Below, piece by piece: positions 12,844 to 22,251 of a stretch of 64,000 nucleotides of DNA (positions within the stretch are counted from its first letter, which is position 1; each line of letters starts with the position of its first letter). The position numbers were made by a program, and so were the translations under genes. The notes beneath the pieces are model-generated. The model was given only the letters and a program-made list of their open reading frames with translations. It made no database searches and was not told the origin of the DNA. Where the stretch lies: positions 493,937 through 557,936 of the forward strand of contig NW_013657666.1 in NCBI RefSeq assembly GCF_000142905.1. Direction: 5' to 3'. Source of the DNA: Thecamonas trahens ATCC 50062 (taxonomy: Eukaryota > Protista > Apusomonadida).

Positions 12844-13590
12844 TTAAGCGAGCGAGTCGATGAGCGCACCGCGCATCTCCTCGATCATGGACGACGGGGC
12901 AGTGCCCTGGAGCTTGAAGATGTCGTCGATGACGGAGATCTCAGGAGCGGTGGTGTCGATGCCGGCAAAGGCAATCCAGTCGTTGACGACGACGCCGGCG
13001 CCGATCATGTCGGAACCGCGGTTGACGGTACCGGCGGTGATGGGAACCTGGAAGAGCGAGGCGAGCTGGTCCATCTCCTCAACGGTGACGTGCGGGTGGA
13101 CAAGACCACCGTTGTTGGAAAAGGTGGCGTAGGTGCCGACGAGGGCCGAGCCGGCGACGGTCTCCCGGAAGATGTCGACGCCAAGGACGTCATGGATGAT
13201 CTCCTCGGTCTCGCGATCCATCTCGGGGTGAACGAGAGCAACATAATCGTTGCAGGCGACACAGTTACCCAGAGCCGAGAGACGCTCCTCAACGCGCTGG
13301 ACGACGACCTTGTCAGGAAGGGAGTTCCTCAGATGCTGAAGCTCTTGATCGGTAGTGGTGGAGGGAACGAGCAGACCACGCGAGTTGCCGACAGCCAGCG
13401 AGCCAAGAACTCTGCAACCAGCGATGGAAGCATGGATGACAGGCACTTCAGGCTCTGTATCCACAAGCTCAGCCTCAAAGGTGGAGTAAAAGTTCTCTGA
13501 TCCTCCGATGGGCACCACACAGTACGAGTTTGTGAGAATGGAGAAGACGCCCACGTCCGACGAGTTTTCAAACTGAGTACGAATGGCCAT
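12844..13590 (-). CDS. EIF6: Eukaryotic translation initiation factor 6 (60S anti-association factor)
   Basis: [65 protein letters not shown]. Confidence 0.98.
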   Translation of the reverse strand: MAIRTQFENSSDVGVFSILTNSYCVVPIGGSENFYSTFEAELVDTEPEVPVIHASIAGCRVLGSLAVGNSRGLLVPSTTTDQELQHLRNSLPDKVVVQRVEERLSALGNCVACNDYVALVHPEMDRETEEIIHDVLGVDIFRETVAGSALVGTYATFSNNGGLVHPHVTVEEMDQLASLFQVPITAGTVNRGSDMIGAGVVVNDWIAFAGIDTTAPEISVIDDIFKLQGTAPSSMIEEMRGALIDSLA

Positions 13591-14205
13591 GATGAGATGA
13601 AAGTACGCTACTGATCAATAACAGTAGTATTAGTAGTAGTGGTAGTGGTGGTGGTGGTGGTGGTGGTGGTGGTGGTGGTGGTGGTGATGGGGTGGTGGTG
13701 ATGGGGTGGGGTGAAGTTGGTCTTGGTCTTGGTCTGTGGTCGTGGTCGTGGTCTTGGGCGTAGGCACCGGCCACAGGCGGGAGCGTTGGCGCCACTCAAG
13801 AGAGAGAACGAACGGTTGTCACTCGGTCAACTGTCAGCTGCCAGCAAACAATGATCACGGCCAACGAATAATAATCGATGGGAAGGGGGGGGGGGGGAGT
13901 GCCTTGATTGTTGTTGATATCGAATGATAAAATGATGAATGACCTTGGCAACGAGTGAGTGATCGTGAGTGGCAATGAGTCTGAGTCACACGATGAGACT
14001 CTCTTCACAACCGTCACGCACTCCCTCCCCCCCCCCTTGTGACAGACCGTACACCAACAACTAGAGCAAGCAGCACCCGTAACACACCTGCACAACAATT
14101 GCTACACTTGACTCACCACACCCATCCTCCTTGACCCTCAGCCCACTCTCCACTCCCTCCCACTCTTCCACTCCCTTTCGCATGGTACGCATACCCCCCT
14201 CCCTC

Positions 14206-14305
14206 NNNNNNNNNNNNNNNNNNNNNNNNNNNNNNNNNNNNNNNNNNNNNNNNNNNNNNNNNNNNNNNNNNNNNNNNNNNNNNNNNNNNNNNNNNNNNNN
14301 NNNNN
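14206..14305. other. Assembly gap (100 N)
   Basis: Run of N. Confidence 1.
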
Positions 14306-14553
14306 GGGGGGGGGGGTTGGTGTGGGTCGGCAGGGAGGGGTAAGGGGGTGGGGGGGGGGGTAGGGGGAAGGGGAAGGGAGAGGGGCGGGTGTATGGTATG
14401 ATGGTGTGGGGCGTACTCACGGGGAAAGACCGGTGTGCGGGTTAGTGGGGTGTTAGGGGTTGTCTCCGAGGCGGCGTGTGATGGCAATCGAATGATGGAG
14501 GCGACCTGGGTTGGGGTTTGGGGTGGAGGCGGTTCGGAAGGGGCGGGTGGTGG

Positions 14554-14828
14554 GGGTGACGATTATTTAACGAGAGTTAATTGATGGGTGTGTGTGTGGT
14601 GTGTGTGGGTGACGATTATTTTAACGAGAGTTTATTGATGGGTGGGGGGTGGGGGGTGGGTGACGATTATTTTAACGAGAGTTTATTGATGGGTGTGTGG
14701 TGCGGGTGGTGGGGCTGGCGCGGGGTGACGATTATTCTAACGAGAGCTTATTGATGGGTGGGTGGTGCGGGTGGGTGGGTGGGTGGGGCTGGGTGACGAT
14801 TATTCTAACGAGAGTTTATTGATGGGTG
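14554..14828. repeat. Five copies of a ~38-bp direct repeat GGGTGACGATTATTYTAACGAGAGYTTATTGATGGGTG separated by 13-30 bp G/T-rich linkers
   Basis: Copies start at ~14554, 14607, 14658, 14723 and 14791. Confidence 0.95.
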
Positions 14829-14937
14829 TGTGGCTGACGATGTTGGTGGGTAATGGCAAAGTGTACGATTATTGAATGATGGATTAATCGATGAGGTGTG
14901 AGCCAACGGGCAGAGGACGGGAAGGAACACTTTGGCG

Positions 14938-16266
14938 ATGTTCGCGGAAGACAGCTTCAGCCAGATCCAGACCGCCACCTCACGCCATTCCGACACACAA
15001 CTCGCTGGATCAAGAAGAGCAGAGGAAAACAAGGAGAACATGTCTGCTATGACTAGCACAAGCAGCATGGAAGAAGGGAGCAGCGGAGGTGGACCCAGCA
15101 GTCATGGCGGGAGTGGTCAAGTCGGGCAAATCGGTGGTGGTGGCGGGCAAGTCGGTGGTGGCGGGCAAGTCGCATTGGGTGATGATGATGATGGTGATGA
15201 CGGTCACACTATTGTGGGACTGTCATTCAATCAAGATGCCACCATGTTTGCTATTGGTACCCGCAAGGGCTACGCCGCCTTCAAGGCATGTCCGTTTGAA
15301 GGTGCTCTGGCTCTGGCTTCCAGTGGTGGTATCCGCATTGCCGAGATGCTCTTCTCCACCTCGCTCATCGTTCTGGTCGGTATGGGTGGCCCGTCGTCAG
15401 ATGATTCGCCAAGGAGGCTCCGCGTGTTCAACACAAGGCGACTGAGTCTGGCAAAGGACGTCATCTATCCCTCGGCCGTTCTCGCTGTAAGGACAAACCG
15501 CCGTCGCTTGGTTGTCGTCCTCCACGACGCCATCCATGTTCATGAGCTGGGTGGCAATCTCAAGCTTTTGGCAAAGATCTCAAAGCTCGACAACCCGCGC
15601 GGCGTTGTGGCGCTTACCGCCTCGCCCGGGCCGGACGATCCGGCGTACATGGCGTACCCAAAATCCCCGACTCGCGGCGAGCCAGCCCGGTCGATTGTCC
15701 TCGTCGACGCCATCAACATCCTCGACCACATTGTCATCGACGCGCACAAGTCGGCCGCCGTCGCTGCCATGGCCTTTTCGTACGACGGTACTCTCCTGGC
15801 GTCGGCGTCGGAGCACGGGACCGTCATCCGGGTCTTTGCTATCCCGTCGGCCGATCTGCTCTTTGAGTTCCGCCGCGGCTCCCAGGTCGCCACCATCTAC
15901 TCGCTTGCCTTTGACGCGTCCAACACGTACCTAGCGGTGGCCTCGTCGCGCGGAACGGTCCACGTGTTCAAGCTCGAGAGACCTGAGCCATCGCTCGCCG
16001 ACTCGTTCTTTGCCGTCCTGCCCTCGGTCGTGGCCTCGGCTTGGGAGCCGCTCCGCGCCTTTGCCACTGCGCCCGGCGAGCCCGACGTCGAAGCCCGTGT
16101 CTCGTTTGGTGCCGCCGACCTGGCTACCAACGACGGGCTCGGCCTCCAGATCATCTCAGCCAACGGCTGGTATCGCCGCTTTGCTGTCGACGAGGCCTCG
16201 GGCGGCGAGTGCGCCTTGCTGGAGCAGTACAACCTCGCCGAGCACACCGAGTGGACCTCGCCGTGA
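14938..16266 (+). CDS. ATG18: PROPPIN / autophagy protein ATG18 (WIPI1/2-like WD40 propeller)
   Basis: LSFNQD, IAEMLFSTSLIVLVG, SPRRLRVFN, LASASEHGTVIRVF, EFRRG phosphoinositide-binding motif, TVHVFKL. The start is uncertain: ATG 14938, ATG 15040, or an ATG-only exon at 14182. Confidence 0.95.
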   Translation: MFAEDSFSQIQTATSRHSDTQLAGSRRAEENKENMSAMTSTSSMEEGSSGGGPSSHGGSGQVGQIGGGGGQVGGGGQVALGDDDDGDDGHTIVGLSFNQDATMFAIGTRKGYAAFKACPFEGALALASSGGIRIAEMLFSTSLIVLVGMGGPSSDDSPRRLRVFNTRRLSLAKDVIYPSAVLAVRTNRRRLVVVLHDAIHVHELGGNLKLLAKISKLDNPRGVVALTASPGPDDPAYMAYPKSPTRGEPARSIVLVDAINILDHIVIDAHKSAAVAAMAFSYDGTLLASASEHGTVIRVFAIPSADLLFEFRRGSQVATIYSLAFDASNTYLAVASSRGTVHVFKLERPEPSLADSFFAVLPSVVASAWEPLRAFATAPGEPDVEARVSFGAADLATNDGLGLQIISANGWYRRFAVDEASGGECALLEQYNLAEHTEWTSP

Positions 16267-16326
16267 CCGGTGCTGCCGGGCATGAGCAGGACGTGGTGTT
16301 GAGCGCATCCCTCGTGTTCTTTTACA

Positions 16327-19300
16327 TCATCCTTGCACAGGCATTGCGTCCAGGATCCGCGCCGCGAGGCCGGCCACCCGGGTGTCGGACGCGTTGGCGG
16401 CCGTCACCAGCAGCGCACCCGCGGGCGCAATGTGCTGGCTCACCGCCGCCGCCGCGGCGCTGCGGCTCTCTGTCGAGCCGTTGGCAAGCTCGACGAGGGT
16501 GAGGACGGCGCGTAGTGCGTTCTTCTGCACCGCCGCGCTGGCGCTCCCGACGCCGAGCGCCGAGACCAGGACGGCGGCGGCGCTGCCGTCGGCGCCGAGT
16601 GCAGCCGTAAACGCCTCCTTTGTCTTTGCTCGCGACAAGCCCACGCTCACCGCTCGCATCAGCACCGTCGCCACCTCAGGCTCCACCCGGATGGTGGCCC
16701 GGCTCGCCTCGGCCGCCACCTTGTCCAGCACCGCCGCCACCAGTGCGCCTGCAGCCTCGGGCGTGCAGGCAAACAGGTCTGCACCGCTCACAGCAGACGT
16801 CACCGCTTTCGACGCCGTGACCAGCGCTTGCGGGTTCTTGTCAAGCGCGAGGAACGCCGCACGCACATCACCCGGCATCGCCACCACCGCCGATGCCTTG
16901 GCCAGCGCCGGCGACGCCGCGGCATCCATGGTCGAGAACAACGCTGCGATCGATGCCTTGGGTTTGGCTGGCGAGGGCTTGGCTGGCGAGGGCTTGGCGG
17001 CCGTGGGCTTGGCGGCCGTGGGCTTGACGGCCTTGGACTTGGAGGACTTGGACTTGGAAGACTTGGACTTGGAGGACTTGGACTTGGCGGCCTCCGGCGA
17101 CGGCTCCGGGAAGACCTCCAGTTGGTCGGCAATGCCTAGCTCGGCGGCAACCGCGGCGTGCACCTGGTACACGCCGATACCGGGACGGCCTGCGACCTTC
17201 TTGCGGGCGGCCATGCCCTTGGCCTCGGCCTCAGTCGCACGCTTGGTGAGGCCCCACTCGGTGTGTGCGTCAGCAAAGGCGTCGGCGAGCTTGAGGAGCG
17301 AGCTCTCCCAACCGTGGACCATCTTGGCGAGTGCAGCGCGGGCGCCGTCGACGTTGTCAAAGGTCGGGCGCTCGGGCGCGGGCGCCGGCTCCGGGACCTC
17401 GCTCGCAAGCGCGGCCAGCTGCGCCTCCAGCTCGTCGGCGATGCCGAGTTCGGCAGCCACGGCCGGGAGGACCTGGTACACGCCGATGCCGGGGCGGCCG
17501 GCGAGCTTCTTTCGGGCGGCCATGGCCTTGGCCTCGATCTCCGTCGCGCGCTTAGAAATGCCCCACTCGGCGTGCGCATCGGTAAAGGCCTCGGCGAGCT
17601 TGGGCAGCGAGCCCTCCCAGCCCTGGACCATCCTGGCGAGCGCGGCGCGGGCGCCGCTCACGTTGTCAAACGTCGGGCGCGGCGGCGCGGGCGCCGCCGT
17701 CGACTCGGTGTTCTCCGACGCCAGGAGCGAGCGCCCGGTGTCGACAACGTCCGACTCGACGCTGGTGACGCCGAGGAGCTGGCCGCATAGCGCGTCAAAG
17801 ACAGGCGCGCCGGCGACATGAACCACCGGGACCAGCCGCGCTGACTTGGCCGCCAGCTTGCGGGCGCGACGGAGCTGGGCTCGGAGATCTGCGCCGGACC
17901 GCACCTCGTGGCCGGTGGCTCTGCTCCGCGATGCCTTGCTCCGCTTTGGCGCAGCGGCGGCGGCGTGGCTCGCCGTTGAGCCGTCGTCCGAGCCGTCGTC
18001 GTCGCTCACGCTGGCCGAGCCACTGTGGCCGGCGCTCGAGTAGCCGTCGTCGTCGCCGTCAGAGAGGTCCGAGGCGGCCTCGGGATCAAAGTCCTCGTCG
18101 GGCCCGGACGAGAGATCCATCCACTTTTCGCCCGGCGAAAGATAGCCATCAGGGACGACCCAGCCGTCGGCCTCATCGCCGGCCTCGTCGTCGCCAGCTT
18201 CGTCCGACTCGTCGCCGGAGAGCAGCAGCTCACCGGGCTCCTCCTCAAACCACTCCTCGTCCGACTCAAACTCATAGTCAAAGAGCTCGTCGTCGCGGCC
18301 AAACGGCTTGCGGCCCGTAATGGCCGGTGTGGGCGGCTTGGAGAACGAGCCAAAGTACGGTGGCCGCGGCGAGGTTGAGAAGCCGATGACCTTGAGACGG
18401 CGGCCGTCAGCCTCCCAACCCTTGCGGACCGCCATCTGCTTCGGGCGTGCCTCAAACGCGCCCTCCAGCGTCGGCGCCGGGAGCGAGGTAGAGCCAGCTC
18501 CCGCCGCCGCCAGCGCAGCCTCGACGCTGCACTTCATCCGGGCACGGAGCTCGGCTGAAAGCTTGGGTCCATAGCTACCGACGCGGGCGCCGCGCGGGGC
18601 GCACCACGGGCCGTGTGCGGCCACAAACGAGCGCGGTGCCGACGACTTTGCCTTGGCCGGCTCGGCGGCGGCCGGCTTGGCGGCCGGGCTCATACTGAAG
18701 AACGAGGTGATGGGTGCCACGTTCGGCGGCGGCCGCGCCGCCTTGACCGGCGACGACTTGGCCTTGGCCTTGGCCGCCGCCAGTTTAGCTGCCTTGCGCG
18801 CCGCCGCGCGGCACTTCTTGGCCGCCTCCTTGTTGGCGTCACGGACGGCGGCGATGGCCTTGCGCTCGGCCTCGGCACGCGCCTTTGCGGCGGCCTTTGC
18901 GGCGGCCTCGGCGGCACGGGCCTTGTCCTTGGCAGCCTTTGCAGCGGCCTTTGCGGCGGCCTTTGCGGCGCGAGCTTCCTCGCGGGCCTTGTCCTTCGCG
19001 GCCTTTGCGGCGGCCTTTGCGGCGGCCTTTGCGGCGCGGGCCTCCTCGCGGGCCTTGTTCTTGGCAGCCTGGGCGGCAGCACGCTCTTCGGTGCTCGCCT
19101 TGGACTTGGACGACTTGGACGACTTGGACGACTTGGCTTGCGGTGTGCCGTCGAGCGCCTTAGTCTTCTTGGCCGGACATATCGCGACGTTGTCGACGGT
19201 GAGGTCAATGGCCTCGCCAGACGTCGAGTGCTTGCGCTTCTTGGGGGCTGAGACAGGTGCCGGCGGACGCGCTGGTGCAGCATCGACTGGATGCAGAGTG

Positions 19301-20355
19301 TCAACCCAAGCGTCGATGAGGGCGGCCCACTGGGCATAGACCGGCGAGGTCCACGCCGGCGAGAGGGTGTTGGCGGCAGGCGGCAGCGGGTTAAAGCTGC
19401 ACCCGGCCTTGTTGAAGACGGGCTTGGGGAGGCGGCCGTTGCGCTCCTTGAGCGTCCAGCCAGGCGGCGGAGCCAGGTCGCCCTCGATGAGGAGCTTGCG
19501 GAAGTGGGCGGCGCACGAGGCACCGGTCCGGGCCGGGATGGCCTTGGAGAGAAGCCCCCAGTCCTCGCCGATGCACAGGCCTCGGGCCAGGTAGTCGGCG
19601 ATGCACTCCTTGAGCTCGAGTTCCTCCTCGTCATCCCACTCGCCGGTGGCCGGCGGGACAGCAAGATCTGTCAGGCGATGGTAGTAGCCCGACGGCATGG
19701 TGTACCGCGCCCGCCATGCCCGAACCTTGGACGGCGACCACTTGGCGATGTCCAGTGGCGCAAACTTGGCCGCCGCAAGCTCGGCCGGCACCTCGACGTC
19801 AGCCAGGCCACCCGCTAGCGACGATGCCCCGCCAGCAGGCAGCGTAGCGGCGGTCGCCGAAACAACGTCCATGGGCGCAACAGTCGAGGCAGCCGAGGCA
19901 GCAAAGGCCGAGGTTGGATGAAGAGCAGCAAGAGTCGAATCGTGGTCATTGTTGGACGCAGCGGCAGCATTAATTGATGCCACCCCATCATCAGCATCAA
20001 CATCATCGGCATTATTAACGTTGTCATTGACGATGGACGACGAGTCGGCCGTCGTGAGTAGAATCTTAGCACGCTCGGCTTGGGCATCGAGTTCGGTGTT
20101 GAGAGAACGTATGCGCTTGGAAGAAGGCATAGAAGTAGACATGGTGGATGTAGTACTCTTTGGAGTAGTGACAGTTGTGCAAGTAGTAGTGCTTGGCTCG
20201 TCAGAGCTCGCGTAGCTGAGCCCCTTGCTCCGCTTGGTGGCAACAGGCGAGTCGGCGACAGCGCCCGACTTTGCCACACGCCGCTTGCCACTGCCGCTAC
20301 CCACCGGTGTCGGCGAGAAGAAGTCACTCACAGAGGTAGGCTGAAGCTTGGACAT
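16327..20355 (-). CDS. CHAF1A: Chromatin assembly factor 1 large subunit (p150/Cac1/FAS1-like) with an additional Myb-like domain and a duplicated C-terminal winged helix
   Basis: CAF1A signature RPPYFGSF..GRKPFGRDDELFDYEFESDEEWFEEEPGE..DGWVVPDGYLS; Lys/Ala/Glu helical region upstream; PIP-like QPTSVSDFF and PITSFF. ATG 20355 is preferred over the ORF-track start. Confidence 0.85.
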   Translation of the reverse strand: MSKLQPTSVSDFFSPTPVGSGSGKRRVAKSGAVADSPVATKRSKGLSYASSDEPSTTTCTTVTTPKSTTSTMSTSMPSSKRIRSLNTELDAQAERAKILLTTADSSSIVNDNVNNADDVDADDGVASINAAAASNNDHDSTLAALHPTSAFAASAASTVAPMDVVSATAATLPAGGASSLAGGLADVEVPAELAAAKFAPLDIAKWSPSKVRAWRARYTMPSGYYHRLTDLAVPPATGEWDDEEELELKECIADYLARGLCIGEDWGLLSKAIPARTGASCAAHFRKLLIEGDLAPPPGWTLKERNGRLPKPVFNKAGCSFNPLPPAANTLSPAWTSPVYAQWAALIDAWVDTLHPVDAAPARPPAPVSAPKKRKHSTSGEAIDLTVDNVAICPAKKTKALDGTPQAKSSKSSKSSKSKASTEERAAAQAAKNKAREEARAAKAAAKAAAKAAKDKAREEARAAKAAAKAAAKAAKDKARAAEAAAKAAAKARAEAERKAIAAVRDANKEAAKKCRAAARKAAKLAAAKAKAKSSPVKAARPPPNVAPITSFFSMSPAAKPAAAEPAKAKSSAPRSFVAAHGPWCAPRGARVGSYGPKLSAELRARMKCSVEAALAAAGAGSTSLPAPTLEGAFEARPKQMAVRKGWEADGRRLKVIGFSTSPRPPYFGSFSKPPTPAITGRKPFGRDDELFDYEFESDEEWFEEEPGELLLSGDESDEAGDDEAGDEADGWVVPDGYLSPGEKWMDLSSGPDEDFDPEAASDLSDGDDDGYSSAGHSGSASVSDDDGSDDGSTASHAAAAAPKRSKASRSRATGHEVRSGADLRAQLRRARKLAAKSARLVPVVHVAGAPVFDALCGQLLGVTSVESDVVDTGRSLLASENTESTAAPAPPRPTFDNVSGARAALARMVQGWEGSLPKLAEAFTDAHAEWGISKRATEIEAKAMAARKKLAGRPGIGVYQVLPAVAAELGIADELEAQLAALASEVPEPAPAPERPTFDNVDGARAALAKMVHGWESSLLKLADAFADAHTEWGLTKRATEAEAKGMAARKKVAGRPGIGVYQVHAAVAAELGIADQLEVFPEPSPEAAKSKSSKSKSSKSKSSKSKAVKPTAAKPTAAKPSPAKPSPAKPKASIAALFSTMDAAASPALAKASAVVAMPGDVRAAFLALDKNPQALVTASKAVTSAVSGADLFACTPEAAGALVAAVLDKVAAEASRATIRVEPEVATVLMRAVSVGLSRAKTKEAFTAALGADGSAAAVLVSALGVGSASAAVQKNALRAVLTLVELANGSTESRSAAAAAVSQHIAPAGALLVTAANASDTRVAGLAARILDAMPVQG

Positions 20356-20596
20356 ACAACAACTGCAACACTTGTCCTCTACGCTACGCAACTCGCTCAG
20401 AGTCTGCGGTCCTCAAGGGCGTCAAGTGTACCGTCTTGTCCTTGTCCCCCCTGCCCATGGCTCGCTCGCTCGATCCTATCTTACGACCTTTTTCCAGAGG
20501 CTGGCCAAAAGGCCGCAGTATGCCCTGCGTTCCTCTTCCCCCTTTTCGCCCGTCGACGGCGGCACTTGCCTCACACACATATCGTCAGTGCTGGCC

Positions 20597-21913
20597 ATGA
20601 CCATCATGACCATCATGACATTTAGCGCTTCTGTTGACATCAAACAACTCGCGCTGTGCTTTCTTGCGGCACAATGGGCTTGGGAGACGTTGCTCGACCT
20701 GTTGCAGCTGCATCGGCTGTCTTCGAGATCATGTGGAGGTGATGGTGATGAGCTGGAGGCAGAGGCCGTTGCCTACAACACCGCCAAGCTGAAGCTCTCG
20801 CTGGTAGCGCGGAGCGTGGAGACAGGTGCAACGGCCATGGCCATTGCCTTTGATGTGCTGGCGAGCGTCTGGGCGATGGTATCGGAGATGGAGGTTGTCG
20901 GCGATTCGCCTCGGCTCACCCTGATGGTGTATGTGGCCCTGCTCGGCGCAGTGGTGCTGGTCACCAGCTTACCCAGTGCTGCCTGGTCGACCTTTGTCAT
21001 CGAGAAGCGATTCGGGTTCTTCACCGGATCGATCTGGCTCTGGCTGGGCGATACGGCCAAGTCTGCGGTGGTGGCTGGTGTCATCGGGCTCCCGCTGGCG
21101 CTCGCGCTGGACGCTGCGCTTGCATGGGGCAGCACGTCTGGCAGTGCGTACCTCTACGCATGGGCTGTGCTTGTCAGCGCCTCGGTCGTCCTTCTCTTTG
21201 CCCACCCGCGGCTCATTGCGCCGTGCTTCAACACCTTTACACCGGCGTCGGACGCCCTACTTGCCCGCATCACCACGGTGGCCAACAAGGCCGGCTTTCC
21301 GCTCGGCGAGGTAATGGTCATGGACGGCTCGCGAATGAGCAACCACTCGAACGCGTACATGTACGGCATGTGCTCGGCTAAGCGCATCGTGCTCTTTGAC
21401 ACTCTCCTCGACCAGGTCGACCAGGACGGCGTTGTCGCCATCCTCGGTCACGAGATGGGCCACTACGTGCTCGGCCACACGTGGTGGAACCTCATCATCG
21501 TCCAGGCCTATGCTCTGGGCTTCCTCTATGCCTTTTCACAGGCGATGGCCTGGCCTGGCCTTGTTGAGGCCTTTGGCTTTGGCTTTGGCTTTGGCGCTGA
21601 CGGCAGCGCCGGCGATCTCCCACCGCACCTCATCCGGCTCGTCGTCTTCTCGTTCCTTGCGGTCCCTGTCGATGCCGCAGTCTCGCTTGGCATGCACATG
21701 CTCTCGCGCAAGTTTGAGTACGATGCCGATGCCTATGCGGTGGACCTCGGGCTCGACCTGGTTCCGCCGCTGCAGGCCCTCCATCGCGAGAACAAGTCCA
21801 TGTCTGATCCGCACCCACTCTACTCGGCCTACCACTACACCCATCCGCCGGTCACCGAGCGCGTTGCCGCCATCAAAGCGCGGATGGAGGCTCGTGGCCG
21901 AAAGACACAGTAG
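20597..21913 (+). CDS. STE24: CAAX prenyl protease 1 (peptidase M48A)
   Basis: TFVIEKRFGF, DGSRMSNHSNAYMYG, KRIVLFDTL, HEMGH zinc motif, SRKFEYDAD, HYTHPP. The start is approximate. Confidence 0.95.
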   Translation: MTIMTIMTFSASVDIKQLALCFLAAQWAWETLLDLLQLHRLSSRSCGGDGDELEAEAVAYNTAKLKLSLVARSVETGATAMAIAFDVLASVWAMVSEMEVVGDSPRLTLMVYVALLGAVVLVTSLPSAAWSTFVIEKRFGFFTGSIWLWLGDTAKSAVVAGVIGLPLALALDAALAWGSTSGSAYLYAWAVLVSASVVLLFAHPRLIAPCFNTFTPASDALLARITTVANKAGFPLGEVMVMDGSRMSNHSNAYMYGMCSAKRIVLFDTLLDQVDQDGVVAILGHEMGHYVLGHTWWNLIIVQAYALGFLYAFSQAMAWPGLVEAFGFGFGFGADGSAGDLPPHLIRLVVFSFLAVPVDAAVSLGMHMLSRKFEYDADAYAVDLGLDLVPPLQALHRENKSMSDPHPLYSAYHYTHPPVTERVAAIKARMEARGRKTQ

Positions 21914-22251
21914 TGCCGGCCGGCGTTGCTCGTGAAGCGCGCCACGCGATGCGTGCAACAGCACAAATCTCGCAGCCATGATCAAGTACGTGAGGCTTCC
22001 AATGATTGAGCATTGTGACTGTGAGCTGCCAGAGCAACCCCCCCCCCCTCCCCCCACACCACACCACACACTGGTGTGGTGATCGGATGGTCTCGAGTCG
22101 AGTTGGACGGGGCGCCGAATCCAATCGTGTGGTGTCGGATCGTGTCGGTCGCCGAGTGCCACGCCGTCGCGAGTATGCGAGCAGAAGATAGGGAGGACTT
22201 TAGAGAGGTGGGGCGAGGGGAGCACGAGAGATACACCACTCTCATTACAGT

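Noticed and set aside
14554-14828. CRISPR array
   Set aside because: The spacers are low-complexity G/T tracts of unequal length, there are no cas genes, and the context is eukaryotic
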